From: Promethearchaeota archaeon
Lineage (GTDB): Archaea; Asgardarchaeota; Lokiarchaeia; Sigyniarchaeales; SOKP01
Length of the DNA stretch: 38,525 bases
Reading direction: 5' to 3'
Assembly (NCBI GenBank): GCA_016930515.1
Contig: JAFGGO010000050.1
Coordinates: forward strand, 1-38,525
The stretch's first letter is position 1. Every line of letters begins with the position of its first letter. Of the stretch, positions 19,648 to 28,971 are shown in pieces. The notes beneath the pieces are model-generated. The model saw only the letters and a program-made list of their open reading frames with translations. It was not told the DNA's origin and searched no databases. The translations under genes and the position numbers were made by a program.

Positions 19648-19980
19648 TTAAAAAAATCGAGTCTTATATTTATTCATTGTCTTTATCGTTCCTGATGTTT
19701 TCAATGGTGATATAATTATTCTTTTTCCATTAATTTCCGTAATAAGTGTTAAAGCCGTAATGATTAATTCTTTCGTAATGTGAGCACAACGAATGATTCC
19801 ATAACCAGGATCTGTTTTAAAATCAACCAACCATAATCCAATCTTATTTGCTTCTTTCATTCCAAAAAAGCGCCATATCGACGACCAAATGCTTTTAAGA
19901 AACTCATTTTGGTCCAAATATTCAATATTCTCTGAAATAATTTTAAACAAGATATATCTCTGTCTTTCTCTTTTAACCAT
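19648..19980 (-). CDS. rnp2: Ribonuclease P protein component 2 (Pop5/Rpp14)
   Basis: RERQRYILF...GIIRCAH...TSGTIK motifs; directly downstream of rnp3. Confidence 0.93.
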   Translation of the reverse strand: MVKRERQRYILFKIISENIEYLDQNEFLKSIWSSIWRFFGMKEANKIGLWLVDFKTDPGYGIIRCAHITKELIITALTLITEINGKRIIISPLKTSGTIKTMNKYKTRFF

Positions 19981-20707
19981 TTCTAAAATCCTCTCTCTTT
20001 AATAATTGAACACCCTCCTCAATTATATTCTTATTGATCCTTTTGTTTAGCCTATTTAACAAAAATTTTGGATGCTCTTCGAAGACTTTTTTGGCTTCTC
20101 CTAAAGGTAATTCTAACAGGGTGTTGAATATACTTGCTAAGCCTCGAGGATTCCTTAATTCAAATTTGGATTTAATATTTCCACTGATGATATAATTAAC
20201 TCTTTCTTTTCTTACAAGCTCTAAAGATCTATACAACAATCGAAAGTTTTTTGATTGGATGCTCCTATTATTATTCAAAACGGGTGTAAAAGAAAATTCT
20301 ACAAAAGAGTTGTTCTGTCTTATTAAAGATAGTATTCCAGGTGCAAGGGTTTTTAAAGCGTTTGGATCCGAAAAAGAGACAATATCAACTCGAGCGTCTT
20401 TTGCCGCGCTAATTTGAGTGTCTTTATTTAAAGATTCGACCGAAATTATATCAGATAGATTTCCAAGTGCTTTAATTTTTTTTTTTAAATTTTCCTTCCT
20501 CTCTTGCTTGATATTTATCCTGTAATAAATTTTTAAATCTGTAATTTCGTCGATTTTATTTCGAAGTTGTTGAGGTACAATATTTTCGTCCGTTATTGAT
20601 TCTAATATCACAATATTTATTCCAAGAACTTTACATAATTGTAATTTATCTTTAATATCTTGAAAATCATTAATATTAATCCTCAATCTTGATTCAAAAT
20701 ATGACAA
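19973..20707 (-). CDS. rnp3: Ribonuclease P protein component 3 (Rpp30)
   Basis: AAKDARVDIV, FVEFSF and ISG...FELRNPR motifs; 8-nt overlap with rnp2. Confidence 0.9.
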   Translation of the reverse strand: MSYFESRLRININDFQDIKDKLQLCKVLGINIVILESITDENIVPQQLRNKIDEITDLKIYYRINIKQERKENLKKKIKALGNLSDIISVESLNKDTQISAAKDARVDIVSFSDPNALKTLAPGILSLIRQNNSFVEFSFTPVLNNNRSIQSKNFRLLYRSLELVRKERVNYIISGNIKSKFELRNPRGLASIFNTLLELPLGEAKKVFEEHPKFLLNRLNKRINKNIIEEGVQLLKREDFRNG

Positions 20708-20798
20708 CTAACAATGGCCTCAATTTTCAATAAACTTCTTGTTCGATGTTTTAAAATAGGATAGATTATTAATAAAATTTTTATTTATATATCACATC

Positions 20799-22079
20799 GT
20801 GGAAAAAAAAAGAAAACTCTCTGAAATTCGGAAAAAAATAAAAGAAAATAAAGCGATAGTATTCACCGTTCAAGAACTCTTAGATGCTATAGCTAATGGG
20901 GAAGAGGTCCAATTCGAGGATGTTGATGTAATTACGACTGCTACGAAAGGGTTAATGAGTGGTATCGCGGGAATATTTTCTTTTAGGCTGGTTCAACCGA
21001 AAACAGTAAGAAAGTTTACAGAGATCTCTCTTAATGGAATAATTGGATTTCCAGGACCGTGTCCAAATGAATATCTTGGGATAATAGATCTAATTGTATA
21101 TGGGACCGGACATAGCGTAACAAGGGATAATTATTCTGGAGGAACTCTTTTTAGAGATCTTGTCGAGGGAAAGTTGGTCGAAGTCGTGGCAAAGTCCGTT
21201 GAGGGAAAAATCTTCCGCAAGGAAATGACTCTAGAAGATATGCAGTTTGCTAGGTTAATGGGCACTCGTCAAGCGATAAAGAATTACAACGCAATGATAA
21301 ATCCTACAACGGAAAGAATCGATACTATCTTTTCAGTATTACCATTTGAACCAAACTCAAGTCAGATTACCTTTTCGGGGTGTGGAGCCCTTAATCCTTT
21401 TCAAAACGATCCCCTTTTTGAAACTTTTGGGGTTGGAATGCCAGTCTTAGTTAATGGGAGCATTGGACATTTAATTGGTCCTGGAACTCGTAATTATGTA
21501 CAGAAGCCTAATATGATGACCATCGCCGATTTTCAAGGAATGAAACCAGAATATATGGGCTCTTTTAATACATCCTACGGACCGGAACCAATTTGCTCGA
21601 TTGCCGTTCCAATTCCAATCCTTAGCGAATCAATTTTTGATAATATCGTAAAATCAGACAACCAAATCCCACTGACAATCTTAAATTTAGTTGGCCGAGA
21701 AAAATTAGGAGAAATAACCTATGGAGATGTTTGGAATAATAACTTTCTAGTTAAATTTCATTCACTCAAGTGCAAAAAATGTGAAAAATGTAATATAGAA
21801 CAATTATGCCCGACACTAGCTTTCAACATCGTAAAAGGAATTGATAAAACAAGATGTTTTAATTGTGGCGCTTGTGTTATCGGATGTAAAGAGAATGCTT
21901 TTGAATGTGATTTAAAGACGATTAAATACGATAGAAGAGACATACCAATTGTTCTAAGGCAGTCGGATAGACACGGAGCAATTAAACTAGCAAAAGAATT
22001 AAAAAAGATGATCTTAGACGAAAAATTTATTTTAGAAAAGCCAACAGGTAAGTTAGAATTTGCTAAAAAAATGAAATAA
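20799..22079 (+). CDS. Homocysteine-biosynthesis (DUF39) family protein with C-terminal ferredoxin domain, methanogenesis marker 16-like
   Basis: VDVITTATKGLMSG, GPCPNE, FSGCGALNPFQNDP and RQSDR motifs; CxxCxxC...CP and CFNCGACVIGC ferredoxin motifs. Confidence 0.85.
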   Translation: MEKKRKLSEIRKKIKENKAIVFTVQELLDAIANGEEVQFEDVDVITTATKGLMSGIAGIFSFRLVQPKTVRKFTEISLNGIIGFPGPCPNEYLGIIDLIVYGTGHSVTRDNYSGGTLFRDLVEGKLVEVVAKSVEGKIFRKEMTLEDMQFARLMGTRQAIKNYNAMINPTTERIDTIFSVLPFEPNSSQITFSGCGALNPFQNDPLFETFGVGMPVLVNGSIGHLIGPGTRNYVQKPNMMTIADFQGMKPEYMGSFNTSYGPEPICSIAVPIPILSESIFDNIVKSDNQIPLTILNLVGREKLGEITYGDVWNNNFLVKFHSLKCKKCEKCNIEQLCPTLAFNIVKGIDKTRCFNCGACVIGCKENAFECDLKTIKYDRRDIPIVLRQSDRHGAIKLAKELKKMILDEKFILEKPTGKLEFAKKMK

Positions 22080-22113
22080 ATTATGATCCTCGTAAGATAA
22101 ATGATGAAGGAGT

Positions 22114-22698
22114 TTATTTTCCTCTTCCTTGATTGGCTCCGATGCTCGGGCGGGTTTTTTCCGAGCCCCATCCTTTCTTATGCAATCCTCGCGCTCTTTT
22201 TCCAGCAGAAGTTAAACCTCGTGTAACTCGTTTTTTATGTTGGGCTTCAGTTATCCAATTTATTTTAGGATCGGATTGAATTACAGGATGGTTTGGATCG
22301 ACCATAATAACCTCGTAATACCAATTCTTCCCATCGGCATATACTTTATAGCTATTTAAAACTTGCATGTTAGGATATTTTCTCTGTGCTCGTTCTTCGG
22401 CAATCCATTGTAGGTTTTTTCCTGTTGTATATTTGGACACTCCTAACGCTCTAGGTTTTCTTCCTTGTTTTGGTCTGATTTTATGTGCACCTCCCTTTCT
22501 TATCCTCGATCGGACGACTATATATCCTTGTTTAGCTTTATAACCCAAAGTTCTTGCTCTCGGAAGATTTGTTGGATTCTCAACCCTTTCTATAGATTTT
22601 CCTTTCCGATATTGAATTCCTCGATACCATTGAGGTGTTTGAAATGCTTTTTCGTGTTTTTCGAATGTCTCTTTGACATAGCTGTATCCTGACTTCAT
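22114..22698 (-). CDS. rpl15e: 50S ribosomal protein L15e
   Basis: RARTLGYKAKQGY, IAEERA...VLNSY and RGLTSAGK motifs. Start taken at ATG 22698. Confidence 0.97.
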   Translation of the reverse strand: MKSGYSYVKETFEKHEKAFQTPQWYRGIQYRKGKSIERVENPTNLPRARTLGYKAKQGYIVVRSRIRKGGAHKIRPKQGRKPRALGVSKYTTGKNLQWIAEERAQRKYPNMQVLNSYKVYADGKNWYYEVIMVDPNHPVIQSDPKINWITEAQHKKRVTRGLTSAGKRARGLHKKGWGSEKTRPSIGANQGRGK

Positions 22699-22804
22699 TA
22701 GTATATGCTCCAAATAATGTATGTTTCAATAAAATATATCATAATTTTAATTTTTTACCATTTTTTATGATGGACTTCCTATTGATAATTAAATAAAAAA
22801 GAGA

Positions 22805-23725
22805 TTATTTTTTCAAAAATTGTGCTATTTGTTCTGCAATTGAGATTGCTGCGGATATTTGTGTTTCTTCTGTTGAACTACCAATATGGGGTGTAAGAAT
22901 GAGATGTTCGTCCCAATCACATAATTCATTGTTTTTTGTCGGTTCTTCCTTGAAAACATCCAAACCAGCACCACCAATCTCCTTATTTTTCAAGGCCTTG
23001 ACTAAGGCTTGTTCATCTACAAGTGCACCTCTTGCAGTGTTTATAAGAATGGTATTTTTACTCATTAACCTAATTTTTTCCTGATTGATAATATTTTCTG
23101 TGTGTTTATTAGCTGGGATGTGAAGAGAGATGATTTGAACGCTTTTAATAAGGTCCTCTATAGAAGAATATACAGTATAACCCATATTTTTTGCTTTTTT
23201 AATAAGTTCAGGCAATATGTCAAAAATTCCCACATCCATTTCTAATGCGGCACATTTTTTCGCCACTGCTTGACCTATATTTCCAAAACCAATCAATCCA
23301 ACCTTTTTTTCCTTTAGAATAAAACCCATATAATCGTTCTTGCACCATTTCCCTCGGTGCATGGTTTTATCCGCTTTTGAAACGTGTCTGGCAAGGCTTA
23401 GCATTAAACATATGGCTAATTCTGCAACTGAATCCGAAGGGGCGTCTGGCGTGTTAAATACTTTAATGTTCATCTCTCCAGCCTTAATAAGGTCCACATT
23501 ATCTAATCCAACACCAGCTCGACCAATCACCTTCAAATTTTTGGCGTTATCCAAGATTTCTGAAGTAAGTTTTGTTCTCGATCGAATAATAACGCCATTG
23601 TAGTTTCCAATTTCTTGCTTCAATTCCTCTGGAGTTATGCTAAACTTTTTAACGACTTCAAATCCTTGGTTTTCAAGAATTTTAATTCCTTCTTCTTCAA
23701 GCTTATCTGAAATGAGTATTCTCAT
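22805..23725 (-). CDS. D-isomer-specific 2-hydroxyacid dehydrogenase (short SerA-like, no ACT domain)
   Basis: RAGVGLDNVD, GLIGFGNIG, INTARG, GLDVF.EP and TPHIGSST motifs. Confidence 0.9.
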   Translation of the reverse strand: MRILISDKLEEEGIKILENQGFEVVKKFSITPEELKQEIGNYNGVIIRSRTKLTSEILDNAKNLKVIGRAGVGLDNVDLIKAGEMNIKVFNTPDAPSDSVAELAICLMLSLARHVSKADKTMHRGKWCKNDYMGFILKEKKVGLIGFGNIGQAVAKKCAALEMDVGIFDILPELIKKAKNMGYTVYSSIEDLIKSVQIISLHIPANKHTENIINQEKIRLMSKNTILINTARGALVDEQALVKALKNKEIGGAGLDVFKEEPTKNNELCDWDEHLILTPHIGSSTEETQISAAISIAEQIAQFLKK

Positions 23726-23789
23726 TTGCTCATCAACATAATTTTTTTATTGTTTAGTAGTATAGTTTACTTAGACATAAAAGATTTAT

Positions 23790-24305
23790 TTGTTTAAGGA
23801 AGATTCAAGATTGAACGATAAAAGGAATGAAAAGGATAAAATAGATGTTACAAATTTTCAAGTGGAACGCGAAGATGGATTACAAATTCAATACGATAAA
23901 GAACATTTAGAAGAACAATATCCTAACTTAATGGAGGAAATTGTAAACAAAAAGCAGGTACTTAATATTGATTCAATATGTATAAGTGAAGAAAATGATA
24001 AAATCAAAAGCTTTGAATCAAATAATCGTCCTGAAGAATTAATCAATCCCGGAGTAATGGATTTCCTAAGAAGGTGCAAGAAAAACGAGGAAGCTATAGA
24101 AATTTTAGATTTTTTATTACATAGAAATGAAATTACTAGCGAAGATTACGATTCTTACAAATCACAAATTAAAAAAGAAAACGGCCTAAAAGAACTCATT
24201 GAAGCCCATGGAGGGTTAAAAAAACCAGGGTATTACGAACGAAAATATTATAAAAATCCTAAATTCGAATCATATGGAAACAATAAAGAAATTAACAACA
24301 ACTAA
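23790..24305 (+). CDS. DUF2095-like archaeal protein
   Basis: YPNLMEEI and NPGVMDFLRRC..EEAIEILDFL..RNEIT motifs. Confidence 0.7.
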   Translation: MFKEDSRLNDKRNEKDKIDVTNFQVEREDGLQIQYDKEHLEEQYPNLMEEIVNKKQVLNIDSICISEENDKIKSFESNNRPEELINPGVMDFLRRCKKNEEAIEILDFLLHRNEITSEDYDSYKSQIKKENGLKELIEAHGGLKKPGYYERKYYKNPKFESYGNNKEINNN

Positions 24306-24440
24306 ATTACAACCTGAGCGTTAAAGTAGAAAAATGATGAACTCAATGACAAGAAGAGTTATTGCTCATAACGATGATTTTGTCGCCCCAAACTGATTTC
24401 GAAAAACTTCAGGACGAAAATTCCTACTCTTCAGAAAAAT

Positions 24441-24713
24441 TCACGATGTCTTCTTTTTCTCTAAATTTTTCTTGAGGTATTGCTTAAAATTATGTCCTCT
24501 TTCGGCTAAATGGAACTCATTATTCTCATTTTGAATTAATTTTAAATCAATTAAAACGGGAATCCTCCCTTTGATACAAGAAATTGGAAGTCCAGAAAAA
24601 ATCTTTATGGTTTCTATATCTTTGGCGCCCTTATCTATTGCGTCCAAGATTTCTACACCCATATTTCCAAGTAAATATTTCAAGTCTTCTAAGGAATCGT
24701 TTTCTTTCGACAT
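24441..24713 (-). CDS. Small winged-helix protein
   Basis: ILDAIDKG...ETIKIFSGLP..CIKGRIPVLIDLKLI...FHLAERG fits a winged HTH pattern. Confidence 0.65.
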   Translation of the reverse strand: MSKENDSLEDLKYLLGNMGVEILDAIDKGAKDIETIKIFSGLPISCIKGRIPVLIDLKLIQNENNEFHLAERGHNFKQYLKKNLEKKKTS

Positions 24714-24733
24714 GATTTACTATTACTGTTATT

Positions 24734-26035
24734 CTATTCTTTTTTACCATTTTTTTTCTTTGGATTTGATGACAAGTCAGTTAAAAATGTTTGTATCTTC
24801 TTTTCTTTTGGGGATTGGACGCCTTTATTTCCAAGGCCCTTGAAAATTTCAGCCATTTCTTCCCGTTTTTGCTGCTTGTCGTTTTTACCTAAATCTTCCT
24901 GGCTTGGCATGTATCTATCAGCAATAACCGGTGCTCCTTCCTCTCCCTTTAATAATTTTCTCAAGTATTTCGGAAAATCCGTGGTTATTTGAAAATTAGT
25001 TTTTAATACGATATTATCTTTACCGTTTAATTGAATTTCTTCAATAAATTCGTGATTTTTCAAATAATCGATAGTTTTTACAAGAAAATCCTGATTTCGT
25101 TTCGGAATAATTTCATGTAATTGTTCTTTTAGAACCCTACCGTCCCTGAGTTTTGATAGAATATTATATTTTTTAGAGTCCGAGATGACTTGAAAAATTT
25201 GATAGGAATCTTCGTATAACTCTTCTTCTTTTTTTTTTTCGTGCTTGTTAAAAAAGTCAAGAATCCGGGGAAGTAATAAATCGTTAAGTTCGTCGTTCCG
25301 GTCAAAATTCTCGATAATACTAAGTGGTGGAATCCTTTCAGCATTCACTTCCTTTAGTAATAGGATGAATGTAGTCCAACCAATTTTGTTTTTAAATATA
25401 AATTTATTATCAACTAAAACATCGATCATTTCGTTAAAATTCTTATGAACAAAGTTGTTGTGAAACCATTCTGATAGACTTTCTAAAGTCATAGGCCCTT
25501 TTGAAAGCTTTTTCAGGGTTAAAAATATGTGATTTTTACTTAAAAGAGAAGCAATGATTTCTTCTTCGCTTTTTTCTCGCGTGTCCTCCTTTATTGTTCT
25601 AAATAAATCTTGAATATTTGATTTCATTAACTCGTGATTTTCGATGATAGTTTCCTTGAATTCCTCGTAGTTTGAAATGTCATTTATGTAGAAAGCAGCA
25701 TATATTTCCTCATTTGCTTGGAGTGTTTTTGCAAAGTCAGAAAGTAATTGTGATATATTTTGTTCTATATCGATGTTGGTTTGCTGGTCGAAGATTACTG
25801 AAACCATTAACATGTCCCTGTTTCCTCGGGCCCATTCTGATGGAATCTCGAAGTAGTAATTCATGGAATAGGTATTTTCAAATGAATGGGTGAAAAAACC
25901 CTCGTTGAAAGTTTGGTCCATTATATTTGCGATTCTCACTGATAAATCTTGGTCTAATCCAGACTCAGGATATGTGTAAATGTTAATCGGGCCAATTTTT
26001 CTATGAAAATACGATAAAGCAACGACAATTTTCAA
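24734..26035 (-). CDS. Longin/uDENN-domain protein with two C-terminal winged-helix-like domains
   Basis: The N-terminus VALSYFHRKIGPINIYTYP matches the uDENN/NPRL-type F-(H/D)-x-x-x-G-P motif. Two wHTH-like segments: LKKLSKGPMTLESL...IDVLVDNKFI and ILSKLRDG...IDYLKNHEFI. Confidence 0.7.
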   Translation of the reverse strand: MKIVVALSYFHRKIGPINIYTYPESGLDQDLSVRIANIMDQTFNEGFFTHSFENTYSMNYYFEIPSEWARGNRDMLMVSVIFDQQTNIDIEQNISQLLSDFAKTLQANEEIYAAFYINDISNYEEFKETIIENHELMKSNIQDLFRTIKEDTREKSEEEIIASLLSKNHIFLTLKKLSKGPMTLESLSEWFHNNFVHKNFNEMIDVLVDNKFIFKNKIGWTTFILLLKEVNAERIPPLSIIENFDRNDELNDLLLPRILDFFNKHEKKKEEELYEDSYQIFQVISDSKKYNILSKLRDGRVLKEQLHEIIPKRNQDFLVKTIDYLKNHEFIEEIQLNGKDNIVLKTNFQITTDFPKYLRKLLKGEEGAPVIADRYMPSQEDLGKNDKQQKREEMAEIFKGLGNKGVQSPKEKKIQTFLTDLSSNPKKKNGKKE

Positions 26036-26241
26036 TTCGTAGATCTCCCTTGTTGTTAATGAATTTATGTTGCGTCAAGACCAAATATAAGCCAATATTA
26101 AAAATTATATAGTCAAATAAGCTATTTAATTTTTAGTTTTTAAAATCGATCCACATTCTTGTTTTAAATTTTTATATCTTAACATAAAAAATAAAAGGTA
26201 AAACCGCCATTCTATGGTTAAATTGAAGTGAGAATTTTGAT

Positions 26242-26988
26242 ATGTGTCCTATAAAATTAGTCGGGTTCGATTTGGATGATTGCCTCTTTGACTCGACGGG
26301 TTTGTCCGAAAGAGCCAGGATCAAAGGTATAGAGGCAATGTTGGAACTGGGCTTGAAAGTGGATTGCCATGAAGCAATAAAAATTATTCAAGAAATAGTC
26401 CAAGAATATAGTTCAAATTTTTCCAAGCATTACGATTATTTCATACGCCGCTTAATTCACCAAAAAAAAAGACTGGAAATATCGTTTAATGACCAATATA
26501 AATACATTGCAGCAGCAATTATTGCATATCACAAGGAAAAGGTGGAATCTGTCAGGCTTTACGATGATGTTGAGCCGTGCTTAATAAATTTAAAGAAAAT
26601 TGGATTAAAATCAATGATTATTAGCGATGGAGATCCTATCAAGCAAAATGAAAAGATTCTAAGACTTGGTCTCCACAAGCTCATTGACAACATTTTTATT
26701 TCTGACGAAATTGGAATTAAAAAACCCAATCCTCAATTATTCTTGTATGGCTTGAAAAAATCTGGAGTATCTGGACAAGAAGCCATTTATATTGGAGATC
26801 GAATAGATATGGATATAATACCAGCGAAATATAGCAAGATTCATACTGTTTATGTCCATAGAGGTGGAAAACACGATATAAAAAAGACTGGATTGAAAGT
26901 AACTAAAGATAAGGAACCCGATTATTATATATCGTCCTTCAACGAAATATTTCCGATTATAGATGAATTAAACGAAAAAATTCCTTGA
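26242..26988 (+). CDS. HAD-superfamily hydrolase (archaeal TIGR02253-like)
   Basis: FDLDDCL, ISDG, KPNP and YIGDR..DI motifs. Confidence 0.92.
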   Translation: MCPIKLVGFDLDDCLFDSTGLSERARIKGIEAMLELGLKVDCHEAIKIIQEIVQEYSSNFSKHYDYFIRRLIHQKKRLEISFNDQYKYIAAAIIAYHKEKVESVRLYDDVEPCLINLKKIGLKSMIISDGDPIKQNEKILRLGLHKLIDNIFISDEIGIKKPNPQLFLYGLKKSGVSGQEAIYIGDRIDMDIIPAKYSKIHTVYVHRGGKHDIKKTGLKVTKDKEPDYYISSFNEIFPIIDELNEKIP

Positions 26989-26992
26989 ACTT

Positions 26993-27805
26993 ATGAAAAT
27001 TGCTTGCATTCAGCCAGAAGTGGCTGCTACCCGTAATGAATGTTATACTAATGTTGAATCAATTATTCGAGACTTGACTGATCAATATGAAAATTGCGAT
27101 ATTGTTTGCTTGCCAGAAAGATGGACCCCTTATTCGATTGATGTTTTTAAAAATTTCCAACAGGAGAGGGGGGATGATTATCTTTTCGTAAAAAAATTAG
27201 CTAGGACCTATCGAATCAACCTTCTATCGGGGGGAATTTGGGAGAAAAGAGAATATTCTAAAAAGCCATTTGTGACATGTTATTTCTTTAACGATAAAGG
27301 AGAGGAGGTTACCCGTCAAGACAAGATTCACCTTTATGCCTATGAAAGAGGCATTTTTCAAGGGGGAAAAGAATTAAAGATAGTAAGATTTAAAGAGGTG
27401 AATTTTGCAATCTTGATCTGCTTTGATGTGGCGTTTTACGAAACCCCCCGATTAGCAGCAGAAAATGGTGCAGATCTCGTGTTTTCACCTACTCAAATTA
27501 GAGAAGAAGGATTATACAACTGGAATATTTATTTACAAGCGAGATCGCTCGAAAATCGAATGCCCATTGCTGCGTGCAATACACTTGGAAAAATAAATAA
27601 TAGAAATTTCCCAGGAAAAAGCAAGATTATTTCATTTTTGGAGGGAGATAGCACGCCTTCTAAGTTGCGCGTTTTAGAGGCACCTGAAAACCAAAGCGGG
27701 TTTATATACGACGATATCGATCTTGATTTTCCAAAAAAAATTCGATCCATTAGAATAAGCGAAAAAATCGAAAAAACCAAAATTATTATTAGTAAAATTA
27801 GTTGA
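26993..27805 (+). CDS. Carbon-nitrogen hydrolase (nitrilase family)
   Basis: Catalytic triad in LPE, DKIHL and ICFD; ARSLEN motif. Confidence 0.92.
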   Translation: MKIACIQPEVAATRNECYTNVESIIRDLTDQYENCDIVCLPERWTPYSIDVFKNFQQERGDDYLFVKKLARTYRINLLSGGIWEKREYSKKPFVTCYFFNDKGEEVTRQDKIHLYAYERGIFQGGKELKIVRFKEVNFAILICFDVAFYETPRLAAENGADLVFSPTQIREEGLYNWNIYLQARSLENRMPIAACNTLGKINNRNFPGKSKIISFLEGDSTPSKLRVLEAPENQSGFIYDDIDLDFPKKIRSIRISEKIEKTKIIISKIS

Positions 27806-27843
27806 AAAGTATATCATAAATTTTAATCATTGATTTGAGTTGA

Positions 27844-28797
27844 TTGCTGATTTCGAAAGAAATTAAAAAAGTGCTATTTGTTGGACTTGACGACGGTGGA
27901 AAGACTTCGATAATGTATGTCCTCAATAAAAAGTTCAGCTTGCTCAGATCAATCAAACCAACGAAGAAAGCGAAAATAACTGCTCAAAAATTCTTACTGT
28001 TAGGTTTAGAGATTATTAACTGGGATTTGGGTGGACAAGAAAATTTCAGGAATATCTACCTTCAAAGATACGAGAAGTATTTTTCGGATGTTCAGACGAT
28101 CTTTTATGTTATCGATATTCAAGACACGCGCAGGTTTGAGGAAGCCAAGGAATATTTAAAATCGATAGTTGAAATTATGGTTCGCATGAAGCAAAAAGAC
28201 GCACATTTTTTAGTCTTGCTCCATAAATGTGATCCAGATATAAGAAACAACGAAGATACTGTGAAAAATTTAAAAGTTTTGCAAGAGCAAATTGAAAAAG
28301 CAAATCCTAATACTTCCTTTTTGTTTTACACGACATCGATATACGACGAACCGAGTTTGTACAAACCATTCTCAGACGGTGTAATTGCTTTTTCACATAA
28401 AGCGAAAATGGTAGAAACCTTGCTAAAGGATTATATGGGCAAATCCTTCAATAGTGCAACGGTCATTCTAGACGAACATAATTTTATCATTGCGAGCAGG
28501 GCAACAAAAACCGAATATGAGACTATATGTGAAGAGATCGCTCCGAGATTGACTCCAAGTATGGAAAAACTAGAAACACTAAACATTGATACGATTGATA
28601 TAGTTATTCGTTTTACATCTATCTTTCCCGAGTCTGACGAACATAGGGAGGGTATGGTGTTTTTAAAAAAAATAGACCTTAAGGAAGAACGGCTTTACTT
28701 GGTAGCTTTATGCTTGAACCATAAAGTCAAGACGAGATCCTATGACCTCCTTCCGCAGCTCGCGAGCAATCTAAGGGAACTTTTAGAAAGCTATTAA
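27844..28797 (+). CDS. Rag/Gtr-like small GTPase with C-terminal roadblock-like domain
   Basis: G1 GLDDGGKTS, G2 PT, G3 WDLGGQ, G4 HKCD (His as in Rag GTPases), G5 TSIYD; ~130-aa C-terminal alpha/beta extension. Confidence 0.85.
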   Translation: MLISKEIKKVLFVGLDDGGKTSIMYVLNKKFSLLRSIKPTKKAKITAQKFLLLGLEIINWDLGGQENFRNIYLQRYEKYFSDVQTIFYVIDIQDTRRFEEAKEYLKSIVEIMVRMKQKDAHFLVLLHKCDPDIRNNEDTVKNLKVLQEQIEKANPNTSFLFYTTSIYDEPSLYKPFSDGVIAFSHKAKMVETLLKDYMGKSFNSATVILDEHNFIIASRATKTEYETICEEIAPRLTPSMEKLETLNIDTIDIVIRFTSIFPESDEHREGMVFLKKIDLKEERLYLVALCLNHKVKTRSYDLLPQLASNLRELLESY

Positions 28798-28971
28798 TTC
28801 ATAAGCGATAATTGCGTTTAGGAGCCCATTTTTGAGGCTTCTCTCTCTGGTTAATATATATATTTTTTAGATTTTTTTAAATTTATTTTTACTTCCATTG
28901 ACCTCTATCGGTGGGGTTTAAATACTGCTGTTAAAAGAAACTTGTAAAGTATAAAATTAAATAAAAAATAA

